DNA of 24,000 nucleotides, from contig JAJDZL010000158.1 of NCBI GenBank assembly GCA_022824665.1, positions 23,847-47,846 of the forward strand, given 5' to 3'. Below are positions 9,288 through 17,662 of this stretch, one piece after another; within the stretch, counting starts at the first letter, position 1; each line of letters begins with the position of its first letter. The notes under the pieces are model-generated. The model saw nothing but the letters and a program-made list of their open reading frames with translations. It did not search any database and was not told the origin of the DNA. The DNA is from Gammaproteobacteria bacterium. Lineage in GTDB: Bacteria > Pseudomonadota > Gammaproteobacteria > Arenicellales > JAJDZL01. Made by a program: the position numbers and the translations under genes.

Positions 9288-10435
9288 TCGATCAATCGAC
9301 GTTTGAACAGCAATCGCTGATCGAAGATGCGGCCCGGCGCTTTCTTGAGAAAAACTATTCGTTTGAGAAGCGCCGCGAGATCATTGCCGAAGAACCGGGC
9401 TATTCAACCGATCATTGGCGCGAGATGGCGCAGCTTGGCTGGATGCTACTGCCGATCTCAGCCGAATTTGGTGGTTTGGGCGGCAGCACTGCACTGGTTT
9501 TAACGCTGCTAAAGGAGTTCGGCCGGACGCTCTACGTTAGCCCTTACCTGGCAAGTGCTGTTACATCAGCGAGAATTATTGAAAAAATGGCCGCGCGACC
9601 CGTCGGCCAGCAAATACTCGAAAAGATCGGTTCTGGCGAAGTCATTGTTTCACCAGCCATTTATGAGCCCCAGGCCCGATATGATTTGAACAATGTTGCG
9701 ACGACCGCAAGCACTGCGCGGGGCGCCATTTTGCTAAGCGGCGCAAAAACCGCGGTGCTTTACGGCAATGCTGCATCGCACCTGCTGGTGCTGGCTCAAA
9801 ATGCCGGCAACCACGAGAGCCATCGGGAATTCTCGCTGCATTTGATTCCTAAAGATACTGAAGGCGTTCAACTGACCCATTACCGTACCCACGATGGCGC
9901 ACGGGCATCGGATGTGAAACTGGACAACGTTGAATCGCGCGACCCGCAAATGATTTGGCAGGGAGAGCAAACGCTAACAGAAATTTCGCAGGCAATGAAT
10001 CTTGCCAATGCGGCAATCTCGGCGGAATTGGTCGGTGCAATGGAGGCTACGCTCGAGTTAACCCTCGACTTCGTCAAAACACGCACCCAGTTCGGTCAGA
10101 AACTGAGTTCTTTTCAGTCCCTGCAACACCGATTGGTGGATATGTACATGCGCTGCCAGATGGCGGAGTCTTTGAGCCGGGAAACAGCGCGTGCAATCGA
10201 TTCATTTCGTGGTGCTGAGCAGGACATAATGGTATCCGCGGCAAAATGTGAAATTGCCAGAGCCGCACTGCTGAATGCAGAAGAAGCCATACAGTTGCAT
10301 GGAGCCATGGGCATGATGGATGAAATGGCAGTCGGCCACTACCTGAAACGCGTATTCAGTTTGAGTCTTTTGTTTGGTGATGCCGACTACCACCAGGCAC
10401 GGTACCGCAGTCTTAGACTTAAGGCTGCCAGTTAG
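9284..10435 (+). CDS. Acyl-CoA dehydrogenase-like protein (probable non-catalytic partner subunit)
   Basis: 383 aa with an ACAD-like layout (N-terminal helical LIEDAARRFLEKNY, C-terminal QLHGAMGMMDEMAVGHYLKR). The GTG start overlaps the upstream stop (GTGA at 9284-9287). It lacks Glu at both usual catalytic-base positions (see findings). Confidence 0.75.
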   Translation: MIDQSTFEQQSLIEDAARRFLEKNYSFEKRREIIAEEPGYSTDHWREMAQLGWMLLPISAEFGGLGGSTALVLTLLKEFGRTLYVSPYLASAVTSARIIEKMAARPVGQQILEKIGSGEVIVSPAIYEPQARYDLNNVATTASTARGAILLSGAKTAVLYGNAASHLLVLAQNAGNHESHREFSLHLIPKDTEGVQLTHYRTHDGARASDVKLDNVESRDPQMIWQGEQTLTEISQAMNLANAAISAELVGAMEATLELTLDFVKTRTQFGQKLSSFQSLQHRLVDMYMRCQMAESLSRETARAIDSFRGAEQDIMVSAAKCEIARAALLNAEEAIQLHGAMGMMDEMAVGHYLKRVFSLSLLFGDADYHQARYRSLRLKAAS

Positions 10436-10480
10436 TGTCGTGAGATATGATTAGACGAAACACATGACGACAGCGGGACA

Positions 10481-10870
10481 ATGAGCAGTACAAGACAAAC
10501 AGATTACGACATTCATGTCAGTGTCGAAACACACTACCTCGCTAATCAGTCGGATCCATCCGAGGACCGATATTTATTCGCCTATACCATCACCATCACC
10601 AATCACGGCCTGATTGGTGCCCAGCTGCTCAGAAGGCACTGGATCGTTACAGACGGCGACGAAAATGTGCAGAATGTCCGTGGCGATGGCGTTGTTGGTG
10701 AACAGCCACATCTGTTACCCGGTGAATCCTATCGCTATACCAGCGGGACAGTCCTTGAAACACCGGTTGGCACCATGGAGGGAAGCTACCAGATGATTGC
10801 CGATGACGGAACGCAATTTGATGCACAAATTCCAGTATTTGTGCTCTCTGCAAAGCGGGTGTTTCATTGA
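10481..10870 (+). CDS. apaG: ApaG (DUF525) protein
   Basis: YLFAYTITITNHG...QLLRRHWIVTDGDENVQNVRGDGVVGEQPHLLPGESYRYTSGTVLETPVGTMEGSYQM matches the highly conserved ApaG core; 129 aa. Confidence 0.9.
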   Translation: MSSTRQTDYDIHVSVETHYLANQSDPSEDRYLFAYTITITNHGLIGAQLLRRHWIVTDGDENVQNVRGDGVVGEQPHLLPGESYRYTSGTVLETPVGTMEGSYQMIADDGTQFDAQIPVFVLSAKRVFH

Positions 10871-10930
10871 CCCGATGAGCGGCTTACTCAAAGCGTCTGT
10901 GATTGGTATTCCGATCCCGTAAATTGATCA

Positions 10931-11135
10931 CGCACTTTTCATGTTAGTCTGAAGTTCCAGAGCACATTCGTAGTTAAGTTCTTCTAATTAAGGCATTTTT
11001 AGGCAATTTATTTTTTGCCATTCTGCCTACAACAACCAAAAATCGTAAGCCGACTATACGGACAAAAGATATAGATAATGAAAGGGTTAGATTGCCTGGA
11101 CAGGCAAAAAAGGCTCAGAACTTCAGATTAGTGCG
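10931..11135. repeat. Imperfect inverted repeat bounding an AT-rich ~150-bp core in the apaG/gyrB convergent spacer
   Basis: Left arm CGCACTtttcatgtTAgTCTGAAGTTCcaGAGC (10931-10963). The reverse complement of the right arm (11113-11135) reads CGCACTAATCTGAAGTTCTGAGC. The interior holds nested hairpins, aggca..aggcaa-tttatttt-ttgcc..tgcct (10991-11028), and ttgcct-ggac-aggcaa (~11093-11108). Confidence 0.5.
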
Positions 11136-11214
11136 CTGTGCTCGAAGCTTGAATGCTCAACGACTCGGCCTGCAAATGATCCGCTCATCATTAACAGCCG
11201 TCAGGAACAAACGG

Positions 11215-13653
11215 TCAGATGTCGATATTTATCGCTGACAGCGCTTTGGCCTCGATAAACGCTCGGCGCGGCTCCACTTTGTCACCCATCAGGGTTTCAA
11301 AGGTACCATCTGTGTTGAAAAGATCCGTGATCGCAACACGGCGCAGTTGGCGCTCATTCATGTCCATCGTTGTTTCGCGCAACTGATCCGCATTCATTTC
11401 ACCCAGACCCTTGTAGCGCTGGATCGTCATTGCTTTTCTCGCATCGTGCATCAGCCAGTCGATCGCTTCCGCCAAATCAACGAGTTCAGCGCGCTTCGAG
11501 CCACGTTTGACAATGACTGCGGATACCTCGTGTTTACGCATCTCCTCGGCAAGCGCAATCAGCGAGCGATAACTTGAAGAGCTGGCAATCACCCTGTCCA
11601 GCACCGATTCGGTGCGGCTGCCCATGTAATCTCTTTCTATTCTGATACCAAGTCCAGTGTTATCGCCAACCGGCACCACCTCAATCGTATACCGCCCGCC
11701 GGCATCTTCAAGTGCCTCCGCCAGCATTCCGGCAAACGACTCAAGATAAAGCCGATCATTAAACCGTTTGGCATCAAGCGGCTGAAATTTGCTTAGCAGC
11801 TCAAGCACTTGCGGGTCGATGCGATCAGCCAGAGTTTGTGCAGCATGCCTGGCGCTCACCCTTGTACGACATAGATTTTCAAGTGTATCAGCTTCGAAAA
11901 CGAACGCATCTTCATCGTTGACAGAGCCATTCATCAGTTGAACTTTCGCTTCCTGTATTGCATGTTTCAGAACATAGTTATCAAGCTCGTTATCGTCATT
12001 GAGGTATTGTTCTGACTTTCGGTGCTTCGCCTTATACAGTGGCGGCTGTGCGATATACAGATGGCCCCGTTCAATGAGTCTGCGCATCTTGTTATAGAAA
12101 AACGTCAGCAGCAGGGTGCGAATATGTGAGCCGTCAACATCCGCATCAGTCATGATAATGACGCGGTGATAACGAAGTTTTTCAATATCAAAATCCTGGT
12201 CAACCCCGGTACCAAGCGCAGCGATCAGCGTCTGAATCTCTTCTGATGCAAAAATCTTGTCAACCGATGCCTTTTGTACATTCAGAATCTTGCCCTTGAG
12301 CGGCAAAATTGCCTGGTATTTTCGATCGCGCGCCTGCTTTGCGGAGCCACCGGCAGATTCGCCCTCCACCAGGAACAGTTCACTTTGCGCAGGGTCCTTT
12401 TCCTGGCAATCGGCAAGTTTGCCGGGCAGGGTGGTTGAATCGAGCGCATTGCCGCGCGCTCTCGCCCTTTCTTTTTGCACGCGCTCTCGAACTGCGGCGG
12501 CATTGACTGCTTTTTCACAAATCTGTTGGGCAACCTTGGGGTTTTCCTCCAGAAATTCCTTCAGGCCTTCACCGATAACCGAGCGCACTGCACCTTCAAC
12601 ATTGGACGAAACCAGTTTGTCTTTGGTCTGGGATGAGAATTTGGGATCGTGTACCCTGACCGTCAGTATTGCAATGAGTCCCTCGCGAATATCTTCACCC
12701 TTGATGCTGATTTTTGTGCCGATGCCATTCGCGTCCATGTAGGAGGCGACTGTCAAAGTCACACCCTTGCGGAATCCAGTCAGGTGAGTGCCGCCGTCGC
12801 GCTGATAAATGTTGTTGGTGTAGCTGCGGGTGTTCTCGTCGTAGTATTGACTGCACCACTGCAGTGCTGCACTGACTGAAATCCCGTCCCGCTCGCCACT
12901 GACTGCGATCACGTCCTCATTGATACGCTCCCGCGAACGGGTCATGTCGGCGACATATTCGAAAATGCCGCCGGCCTTTTCCATAATGTCGCGGCGACCG
13001 TCTCGTTCATCATTGAGTTCTATTTTTACGCCAGGATTGAGGTAGGTGAGCTCTCGCAGCCGCTCGTGCAGCGTTGCAAAACTGAAGGTTGTATCACTGA
13101 AGTACTTTTGCGAGGGCTTAAACCGAACTGAAGTTCCCGTCAGTTTCGTCTGACCGATGGTTCTGAGCGCAGCAACCGGCTCACCCTCTTCAAACTCCTG
13201 GTAGTGAACCTCACCTTCCCGATAAATAGTCATTTCGACTTTTTCGGAAAGCGCATTGACGACCGATACGCCAACTCCATGCAGACCACCCGATGCGGTG
13301 TAAGACTCGTCATCAAATTTGCCGCCGGCATGCAACACTGTCATAATAATCGTCGCACTGGGCAGATCTTCGCCGTTCGGACCTTCCCCCTCCATAATTC
13401 CGACTGGAATCCCGCGGCCGTTATCCTCAACCGACACTGCACCGTCGGCGTGAATCGTAACAACAATGCGATCGCAAAATCCCTCTGCGACTTCGTCAAT
13501 CGCGTTATCGACCACCTCGGTGACCATGTGATGCAATCCAGTACCGTCATCGGTATCCCCGATATACATTCCAGGGCGTTTGCGGACCGGCTCCAAACCG
13601 CGCAATACCTTGATACTGGAGCTATCGTAGCCGTTGCTTGCTGCTGATGTCAT
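11215..13653 (-). CDS. gyrB: DNA gyrase subunit B
   Basis: 812 aa. GHKL ATPase motifs (GLHHMVTEVVDNAIDE, GGLHGVG), Toprim (LFLVEGESAGGSA, IMTDADVDGSHI), PLKGKILNV and QRYKGLGEMN. Confidence 0.97.
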   Translation of the reverse strand: MTSAASNGYDSSSIKVLRGLEPVRKRPGMYIGDTDDGTGLHHMVTEVVDNAIDEVAEGFCDRIVVTIHADGAVSVEDNGRGIPVGIMEGEGPNGEDLPSATIIMTVLHAGGKFDDESYTASGGLHGVGVSVVNALSEKVEMTIYREGEVHYQEFEEGEPVAALRTIGQTKLTGTSVRFKPSQKYFSDTTFSFATLHERLRELTYLNPGVKIELNDERDGRRDIMEKAGGIFEYVADMTRSRERINEDVIAVSGERDGISVSAALQWCSQYYDENTRSYTNNIYQRDGGTHLTGFRKGVTLTVASYMDANGIGTKISIKGEDIREGLIAILTVRVHDPKFSSQTKDKLVSSNVEGAVRSVIGEGLKEFLEENPKVAQQICEKAVNAAAVRERVQKERARARGNALDSTTLPGKLADCQEKDPAQSELFLVEGESAGGSAKQARDRKYQAILPLKGKILNVQKASVDKIFASEEIQTLIAALGTGVDQDFDIEKLRYHRVIIMTDADVDGSHIRTLLLTFFYNKMRRLIERGHLYIAQPPLYKAKHRKSEQYLNDDNELDNYVLKHAIQEAKVQLMNGSVNDEDAFVFEADTLENLCRTRVSARHAAQTLADRIDPQVLELLSKFQPLDAKRFNDRLYLESFAGMLAEALEDAGGRYTIEVVPVGDNTGLGIRIERDYMGSRTESVLDRVIASSSSYRSLIALAEEMRKHEVSAVIVKRGSKRAELVDLAEAIDWLMHDARKAMTIQRYKGLGEMNADQLRETTMDMNERQLRRVAITDLFNTDGTFETLMGDKVEPRRAFIEAKALSAINIDI

Positions 13654-13757
13654 ATGGTCTGATTATTGATGAAGAAATCTGTTCAATTGATGCACCCGGT
13701 TCATCAGGCACTTGGGATATGCCTGCAACAAAAGGTCAGGCAAACAAACTGTCGAGC

Positions 13758-14972
13758 TTAAGTGTCTTTGAGTAACATAACGAGAAAGGTTGTCGAAGCC
13801 TCTTCCGGAAACTTGATCTGGCAGGCAGATTGCGTCGCGCGCAGATAAAGCTCAACATTCTCACATTCCGGCATCGCTTCCAGTGCATCCAGCAGATAGC
13901 GGTAATTAACCTGAAATTTGTGCTCGGAGATGTTCTCGTCTACGTTCATCGTGTGTTCAATTTTCTTCTGCACGATGTCTGCTACCATATCCAGCCGGCC
14001 ATTGCTGACGACTACGTTTGCAGCAATTTTCCCCTTGTTCGGATCTTTGTGTGCCATACCGAGAATTCCGACCATGTTCAGACCGCTGGCCAACTCGCTG
14101 CGGTCTGCCCTAAACGCCAGCTCCAGGTTGCCGGGCACTGCAGCCCGCCAGTCCGGAAAGGCGCCTTCCATTAATTTCGAAGTGAACGAAAAGTTCGGTG
14201 TTGACATTCGTAAATGCGCGCTTTTGAACTGCACTGTTACTCTTGATGTCAGAGACGACAGCACCTTGCTCAATTCAATTGCGGTTTTTCTCGGCACCAC
14301 TGCGCGGTGTCGAAGTTCTAAATCAGGTGCGTCAATATTGGACTCGCTCATCGCCATACGATGACCGTCGGTGGTAACCGCCCGCACACAGCTGTCGGCA
14401 ATCTCCAGCAACGTCGCATTCAGATAATGACGCGGCTCATTCTTACCCATCGCATGCTCGGTTCGCCGGAAAATGTTACGCAGCGCATAGCGATCCATAT
14501 CGAATTGCACAGTCCATTCTTCCTCACCGACGTTCAGGTATGGAAAATCTTCAGCATCAAGCAGCGACTCGGTCATTGCGTTTTTGTAGTCCTCTGTCGA
14601 AAATTGTGCGTCCGGCGCACTCCCGTTCGCATTCGCAGCAGGCACACTGTCCACTTGAGCACTGTCAATGTTCTCTACAACCAGCCTGGTACCAGCCTGG
14701 TTGAAGTCCAGCCTGCTGCCGCTTGGCTGACGCCGGCAGTACTCCAGCAACATCTGCGCTGAACAGACAAACTTTCCTTCCGCAGAGACCTCCACATCCT
14801 CGATTCTTTCGCTGGCCTCGAGATCGATGCTCGATCCCCACAAACGGATGCCACCGTCGACCGATTCGATCAATACCTGGGCCAGTATTGGAATAGTTGG
14901 ACTGCTGTCGATGACCGATGCCACGCGGCTCAACGGCTCGATGATCGTATCTTTTTCAATTGTGAATCGCAT
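13758..14972 (-). CDS. dnaN: DNA polymerase III beta sliding clamp (divergent, with an internal insertion)
   Basis: MRFTIEKDTIIEPLSRV... parallels E. coli MKFTVEREHLLKPLQQV. VTTDGHRMA, VVPRKTAIEL and FTSKLMEGAFPDW match the conserved clamp motifs. It lies between dnaA and gyrB. 404 aa versus ~366 typical. Confidence 0.9.
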   Translation of the reverse strand: MRFTIEKDTIIEPLSRVASVIDSSPTIPILAQVLIESVDGGIRLWGSSIDLEASERIEDVEVSAEGKFVCSAQMLLEYCRRQPSGSRLDFNQAGTRLVVENIDSAQVDSVPAANANGSAPDAQFSTEDYKNAMTESLLDAEDFPYLNVGEEEWTVQFDMDRYALRNIFRRTEHAMGKNEPRHYLNATLLEIADSCVRAVTTDGHRMAMSESNIDAPDLELRHRAVVPRKTAIELSKVLSSLTSRVTVQFKSAHLRMSTPNFSFTSKLMEGAFPDWRAAVPGNLELAFRADRSELASGLNMVGILGMAHKDPNKGKIAANVVVSNGRLDMVADIVQKKIEHTMNVDENISEHKFQVNYRYLLDALEAMPECENVELYLRATQSACQIKFPEEASTTFLVMLLKDT

Positions 14973-15250
14973 AGTTAACCGAAGAAAAAATTAGTGATCT
15001 AATATTTTATTTTTTATTAGGTCTGTGAAGTACACCAACAACCCAAATAAATGCGGTGTAATCAACTGGATAAATCACCAAAACCTGTTAAGTATTCAGT
15101 GAGGCTAAAGTGGAAGATTGTGGACAGGATTCAACTTGAAATCAGCTCGATTGAGTTATTCACATTGATTCATCAAATTATACACCGGTTGTTAACAACT
15201 TGCAGTAGGCTGTGACGCTCAAATGTGCTTTTTCCGGATCTCGATCTGAC
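14973..15250. promoter_or_regulatory. Long AT-rich dnaA-dnaN spacer with DnaA-box-like 9-mers (candidate oriC or DnaA-regulated dnaN promoter region)
   Basis: 278-bp spacer. It has a near-pure A/T tract around 14985-15020 (aaaaaattagtgatctaatattttattttttattag). Matches to TTATCCACA or its complement: TTATTCACA 15156-15164 (8/9), TTATACACC 15178-15186 (7/9), TGTGGACAG 15119-15127 (7/9) and ACTGGATAA 15065-15073 (7/9). No perfect box. Confidence 0.35.
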
Positions 15251-16618
15251 TTACTGCACGAACTGTTCGTGCAGGTTTTTGTACTCGTCCCGAAACTGCT
15301 TGTCCTGTTGTTCGCGTTCACGCACTTTTTTGAGCGCGTACAAGACAGTCGCATGATTCTTGCCGCCAAATGCTTTGCCGATTTCCGGCAGACTCTTGCT
15401 GGTAAACTCCCGACAAAGACTCATTGCCACCTGGCGTGCCAAAACCAGGTCAGCTCTTCTTTTTGCTGACAGGATATCCTTGAGCCGCACGTCGTAATAG
15501 CGTGCAACGGCTGCCTGAATATCATCGATGGTGATGGTTCGGTTGCTGAACTCAAGCAAGTCCTCCAACTGATTCCTGACAAACGCAATGGTGATTTCCT
15601 TGCCCATGAATCGATGGCTGGCTGCCAGTTTGTTGAGTGCACCTTCCAGTTCGCGTACACTGGTTGTGATATTTTCGGCCAGGAACCTCAGTACTTCCGG
15701 TTTGATATGAATATCACGCAGCTTGGCCTTGATTTCCAAAATGGCAATACGCGTTTCGAGCTCCGGCGGACTAATCCGCACGGTTAGCCCCTGACTGAGC
15801 CGCGACTTGATCCGGTCTTCCACCTGCACGAGTTCCCGGGAAAATTTGTCGCTGGTAATAATCACCTGTTTGCCACCTTCCAGCAGAAGATTGAATGTCT
15901 GCAGGAATTCCGCCTGTGAGGACTCCTTGCCAGAGAACAGGTGAATGTCGTCGATAAGGAGCGCATCCAGTTCACGATATGCGTTCTTCATTCGCTCGGC
16001 AGCTTCATTGTTACGATTCAAAATAGCGTTAATGATGTGCTGAACAAAATTCTGTGCGTTGACATAGCCGACCTTGGCGTTCGGGTATCGATCCTGCAGC
16101 GCGTGACCGACCGCCTGCATGAGGTGTGTCTTGCCAATTCCGACTGTACCATAAAGAAACAGCGGATTGTATTCACGCCGGCCAGGGTCTTTGCTGGCCG
16201 CCTCCGCGGCACAGCGGGCGAGCCTGTTTGAATCGCCGACGATGTGCTGGTCAAACGTGAAAATTGGCGACAGCGGGCTGAATCCGAACTTCAGCGTGCC
16301 GCCCTTGTTTTTTGAAGAATTGCTGGCCGGCAGCGCCCTGCTTTTACCGTTCCCGCTGCGCGCGAGAGGTGCGCCTGTTGATTCCAGTTCAACTTTAACG
16401 GATATCCGGTCGCCATAGTATGCACTGGCCAATTCGGTAATGCGCTCCAGCCACCTCGATTCAACCGCGTTTCGAACATATGGGTTCGGTGCCCTGAGCA
16501 CCAGCGCACCATTGACCGCATCCGCACTCAATGTGCGAAGTGAGGCGTGGAGGTCTTTTTCGCTAACCTCCTGCCCCAGCTGGACAAGGACAGTTTCCCA
16601 TAAACTCAAAGGTATCAT
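15251..16618 (-). CDS. dnaA: Chromosomal replication initiator protein DnaA
   Basis: Walker A GTVGIGKTHLMQAVG, Walker B LLIDDIHLF, and the C-terminal DnaA-box-binding helix-turn-helix (ARQVAMSLCREFTSKSLPEIGKAFGGKNHATVLYALKKV); 455 aa. Confidence 0.97.
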   Translation of the reverse strand: MIPLSLWETVLVQLGQEVSEKDLHASLRTLSADAVNGALVLRAPNPYVRNAVESRWLERITELASAYYGDRISVKVELESTGAPLARSGNGKSRALPASNSSKNKGGTLKFGFSPLSPIFTFDQHIVGDSNRLARCAAEAASKDPGRREYNPLFLYGTVGIGKTHLMQAVGHALQDRYPNAKVGYVNAQNFVQHIINAILNRNNEAAERMKNAYRELDALLIDDIHLFSGKESSQAEFLQTFNLLLEGGKQVIITSDKFSRELVQVEDRIKSRLSQGLTVRISPPELETRIAILEIKAKLRDIHIKPEVLRFLAENITTSVRELEGALNKLAASHRFMGKEITIAFVRNQLEDLLEFSNRTITIDDIQAAVARYYDVRLKDILSAKRRADLVLARQVAMSLCREFTSKSLPEIGKAFGGKNHATVLYALKKVREREQQDKQFRDEYKNLHEQFVQ

Positions 16619-16698
16619 GAAATTTCCGTACGGCGACTCGCGAATGTTAAATCGTTGGGTCTGCGCCTGAAGAACCCGACGAGCGAAGCGCAGGGTCG

Positions 16699-16728
16699 TT
16701 AGTACCCGACATTGTCTTAGTACCCGAC
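16699..16728. repeat. 12-bp direct repeat TTAGTACCCGAC x2 (18-bp period) upstream of dnaA, plus a third ACCCGAC core at 16674-16680
   Basis: Exact copies at 16699-16710 and 16717-16728. They lie 81-110 bp upstream of the dnaA start codon in the dnaA-rpmH divergent region. Confidence 0.6.
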
Positions 16729-16839
16729 TTTACCGGCAAAAATAGCGGCACTCAAAATAGCCGCTCCGGTCGTGCTATCTTACACCAAATTCACCACAAG
16801 CGTTAATAGAATTTTCCTTCCTGCGGCAGGATTTTCGTT

Positions 16840-16848
16840 TGCTATAAT
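16840..16848 (+). promoter_or_regulatory. Candidate extended -10 promoter element for rpmH-rnpA-yidD-yidC
   Basis: TGcTATAAT (TG at 16840-16841, TATAAT at 16843-16848), about 95 bp upstream of the rpmH ATG. No convincing -35, which is consistent with an extended -10 promoter. Not experimentally supported. Confidence 0.35.
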
Positions 16849-16942
16849 TTTTCAACCAATTTTGCGCATGATAATATGCAGCAATCCGCGCCAATGAGAC
16901 GGACACGTCGCCTAATGGGAACACCTAACTGGATTTATTCTT

Positions 16943-17077
16943 ATGAAACGCACATTTCAACCCAGCAATCTGAAACGAAAGCGAAAGCACGGGTTCAGGG
17001 CCCGAATGCGAACCCGCGGTGGGCGGGCGGTGATCAACGCACGCCGGGCACGGGGACGTGCGCGTTTAAGTGCGTGA
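16943..17077 (+). CDS. rpmH: 50S ribosomal protein L34 (too short for the ORF track)
   Basis: Manual translation gives [44 protein letters not shown], 44 aa, a near-canonical L34 sequence, divergent from dnaA. Confidence 0.95.
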   Translation: MKRTFQPSNLKRKRKHGFRARMRTRGGRAVINARRARGRARLSA

Positions 17078-17438
17078 TGCCTCCGGGCCGCAGCAAGGTT
17101 TTCAGCTGTCACGCAACTGCAGGCTGACCAGATCGGCTCAGTTCAAGGCAGTCTTCAGTCAACATAGCAAGGTTTCAAATCGTTATTTTCGGATACTGGT
17201 TCAACACAGGCAGGACTCACCTGATTCACGACTAGGAATTATCGTCTCCCGCAGGGTATCGCGCAAAGCTGTCAATCGAAATCGTATCCGGCGCCAGTTG
17301 CGTGAAGCGTTCAGGCTCAAGCGTCACAATCTGAAAAAAATGGACCTGGTCGTTATTGCTCACCGCAGCTGTGAGGACACGGTCAACAAAGAGCTTCGCA
17401 GACAAATCATCAAGTTGTTCAACAAACTCGAATCATGA
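17070..17438 (+). CDS. rnpA: Ribonuclease P protein component
   Basis: RNR motif region [24 protein letters not shown] and MDLVVIA; 122 aa from the GTG at 17070, which overlaps the rpmH 3' end by 8 nt. The start codon is uncertain. Confidence 0.85.
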   Translation: MRDASGPQQGFQLSRNCRLTRSAQFKAVFSQHSKVSNRYFRILVQHRQDSPDSRLGIIVSRRVSRKAVNRNRIRRQLREAFRLKRHNLKKMDLVVIAHRSCEDTVNKELRRQIIKLFNKLES

Positions 17439-17662
17439 AACGCATTCTCATCGTTTTCGTAAAGGTTTATCGCTATGCGATCAGTCCCTTTATGGCACCG
17501 TGCTGTCGCTTTCATCCGACCTGTTCCAGTTATGCGCTGCAGGCGCTTGAGCAGCATGGCGCGTTGAAAGGCACCTGGTACTCGATTCGCCGAATCAGCC
17601 GCTGTCATCCCTGGCATCCGGGTGGCTTTGATCCGGTTCCACGCACGCAGGACCAAAACTGA
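17435..17662 (+). CDS. yidD: Membrane protein insertion efficiency factor YidD
   Basis: [31 protein letters not shown]...[14 protein letters not shown] is the YidD signature. ATGA overlap with rnpA. Confidence 0.9.
   Translation: MKRILIVFVKVYRYAISPFMAPCCRFHPTCSSYALQALEQHGALKGTWYSIRRISRCHPWHPGGFDPVPRTQDQN

Noticed and set aside
5300-10870. Possible genomic island integrated at the tRNA-Met gene (permease, aminotransferase, ACAD pair, apaG)
   Set aside because: I noticed no integrase, transposase or phage gene, and no direct repeat of the tRNA 3' end. Composition looks like the flanking core genes, and the contents are ordinary metabolic genes.
16619-16942. The rpmH-dnaA spacer as the classical Pseudomonas-type oriC
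   Set aside because: I found no perfect or 8/9 DnaA box there. The best match is TTCACCACA at 7/9, and there is no pronounced AT-rich unwinding tract. It is kept only as the alternative hypothesis to the dnaA-dnaN spacer.
16876-17127. 83-aa plus-strand ORF in the track covering the rpmH region
   Set aside because: It is in the wrong frame. The canonical 44-aa L34 sequence is encoded at 16943-17077 in another frame.
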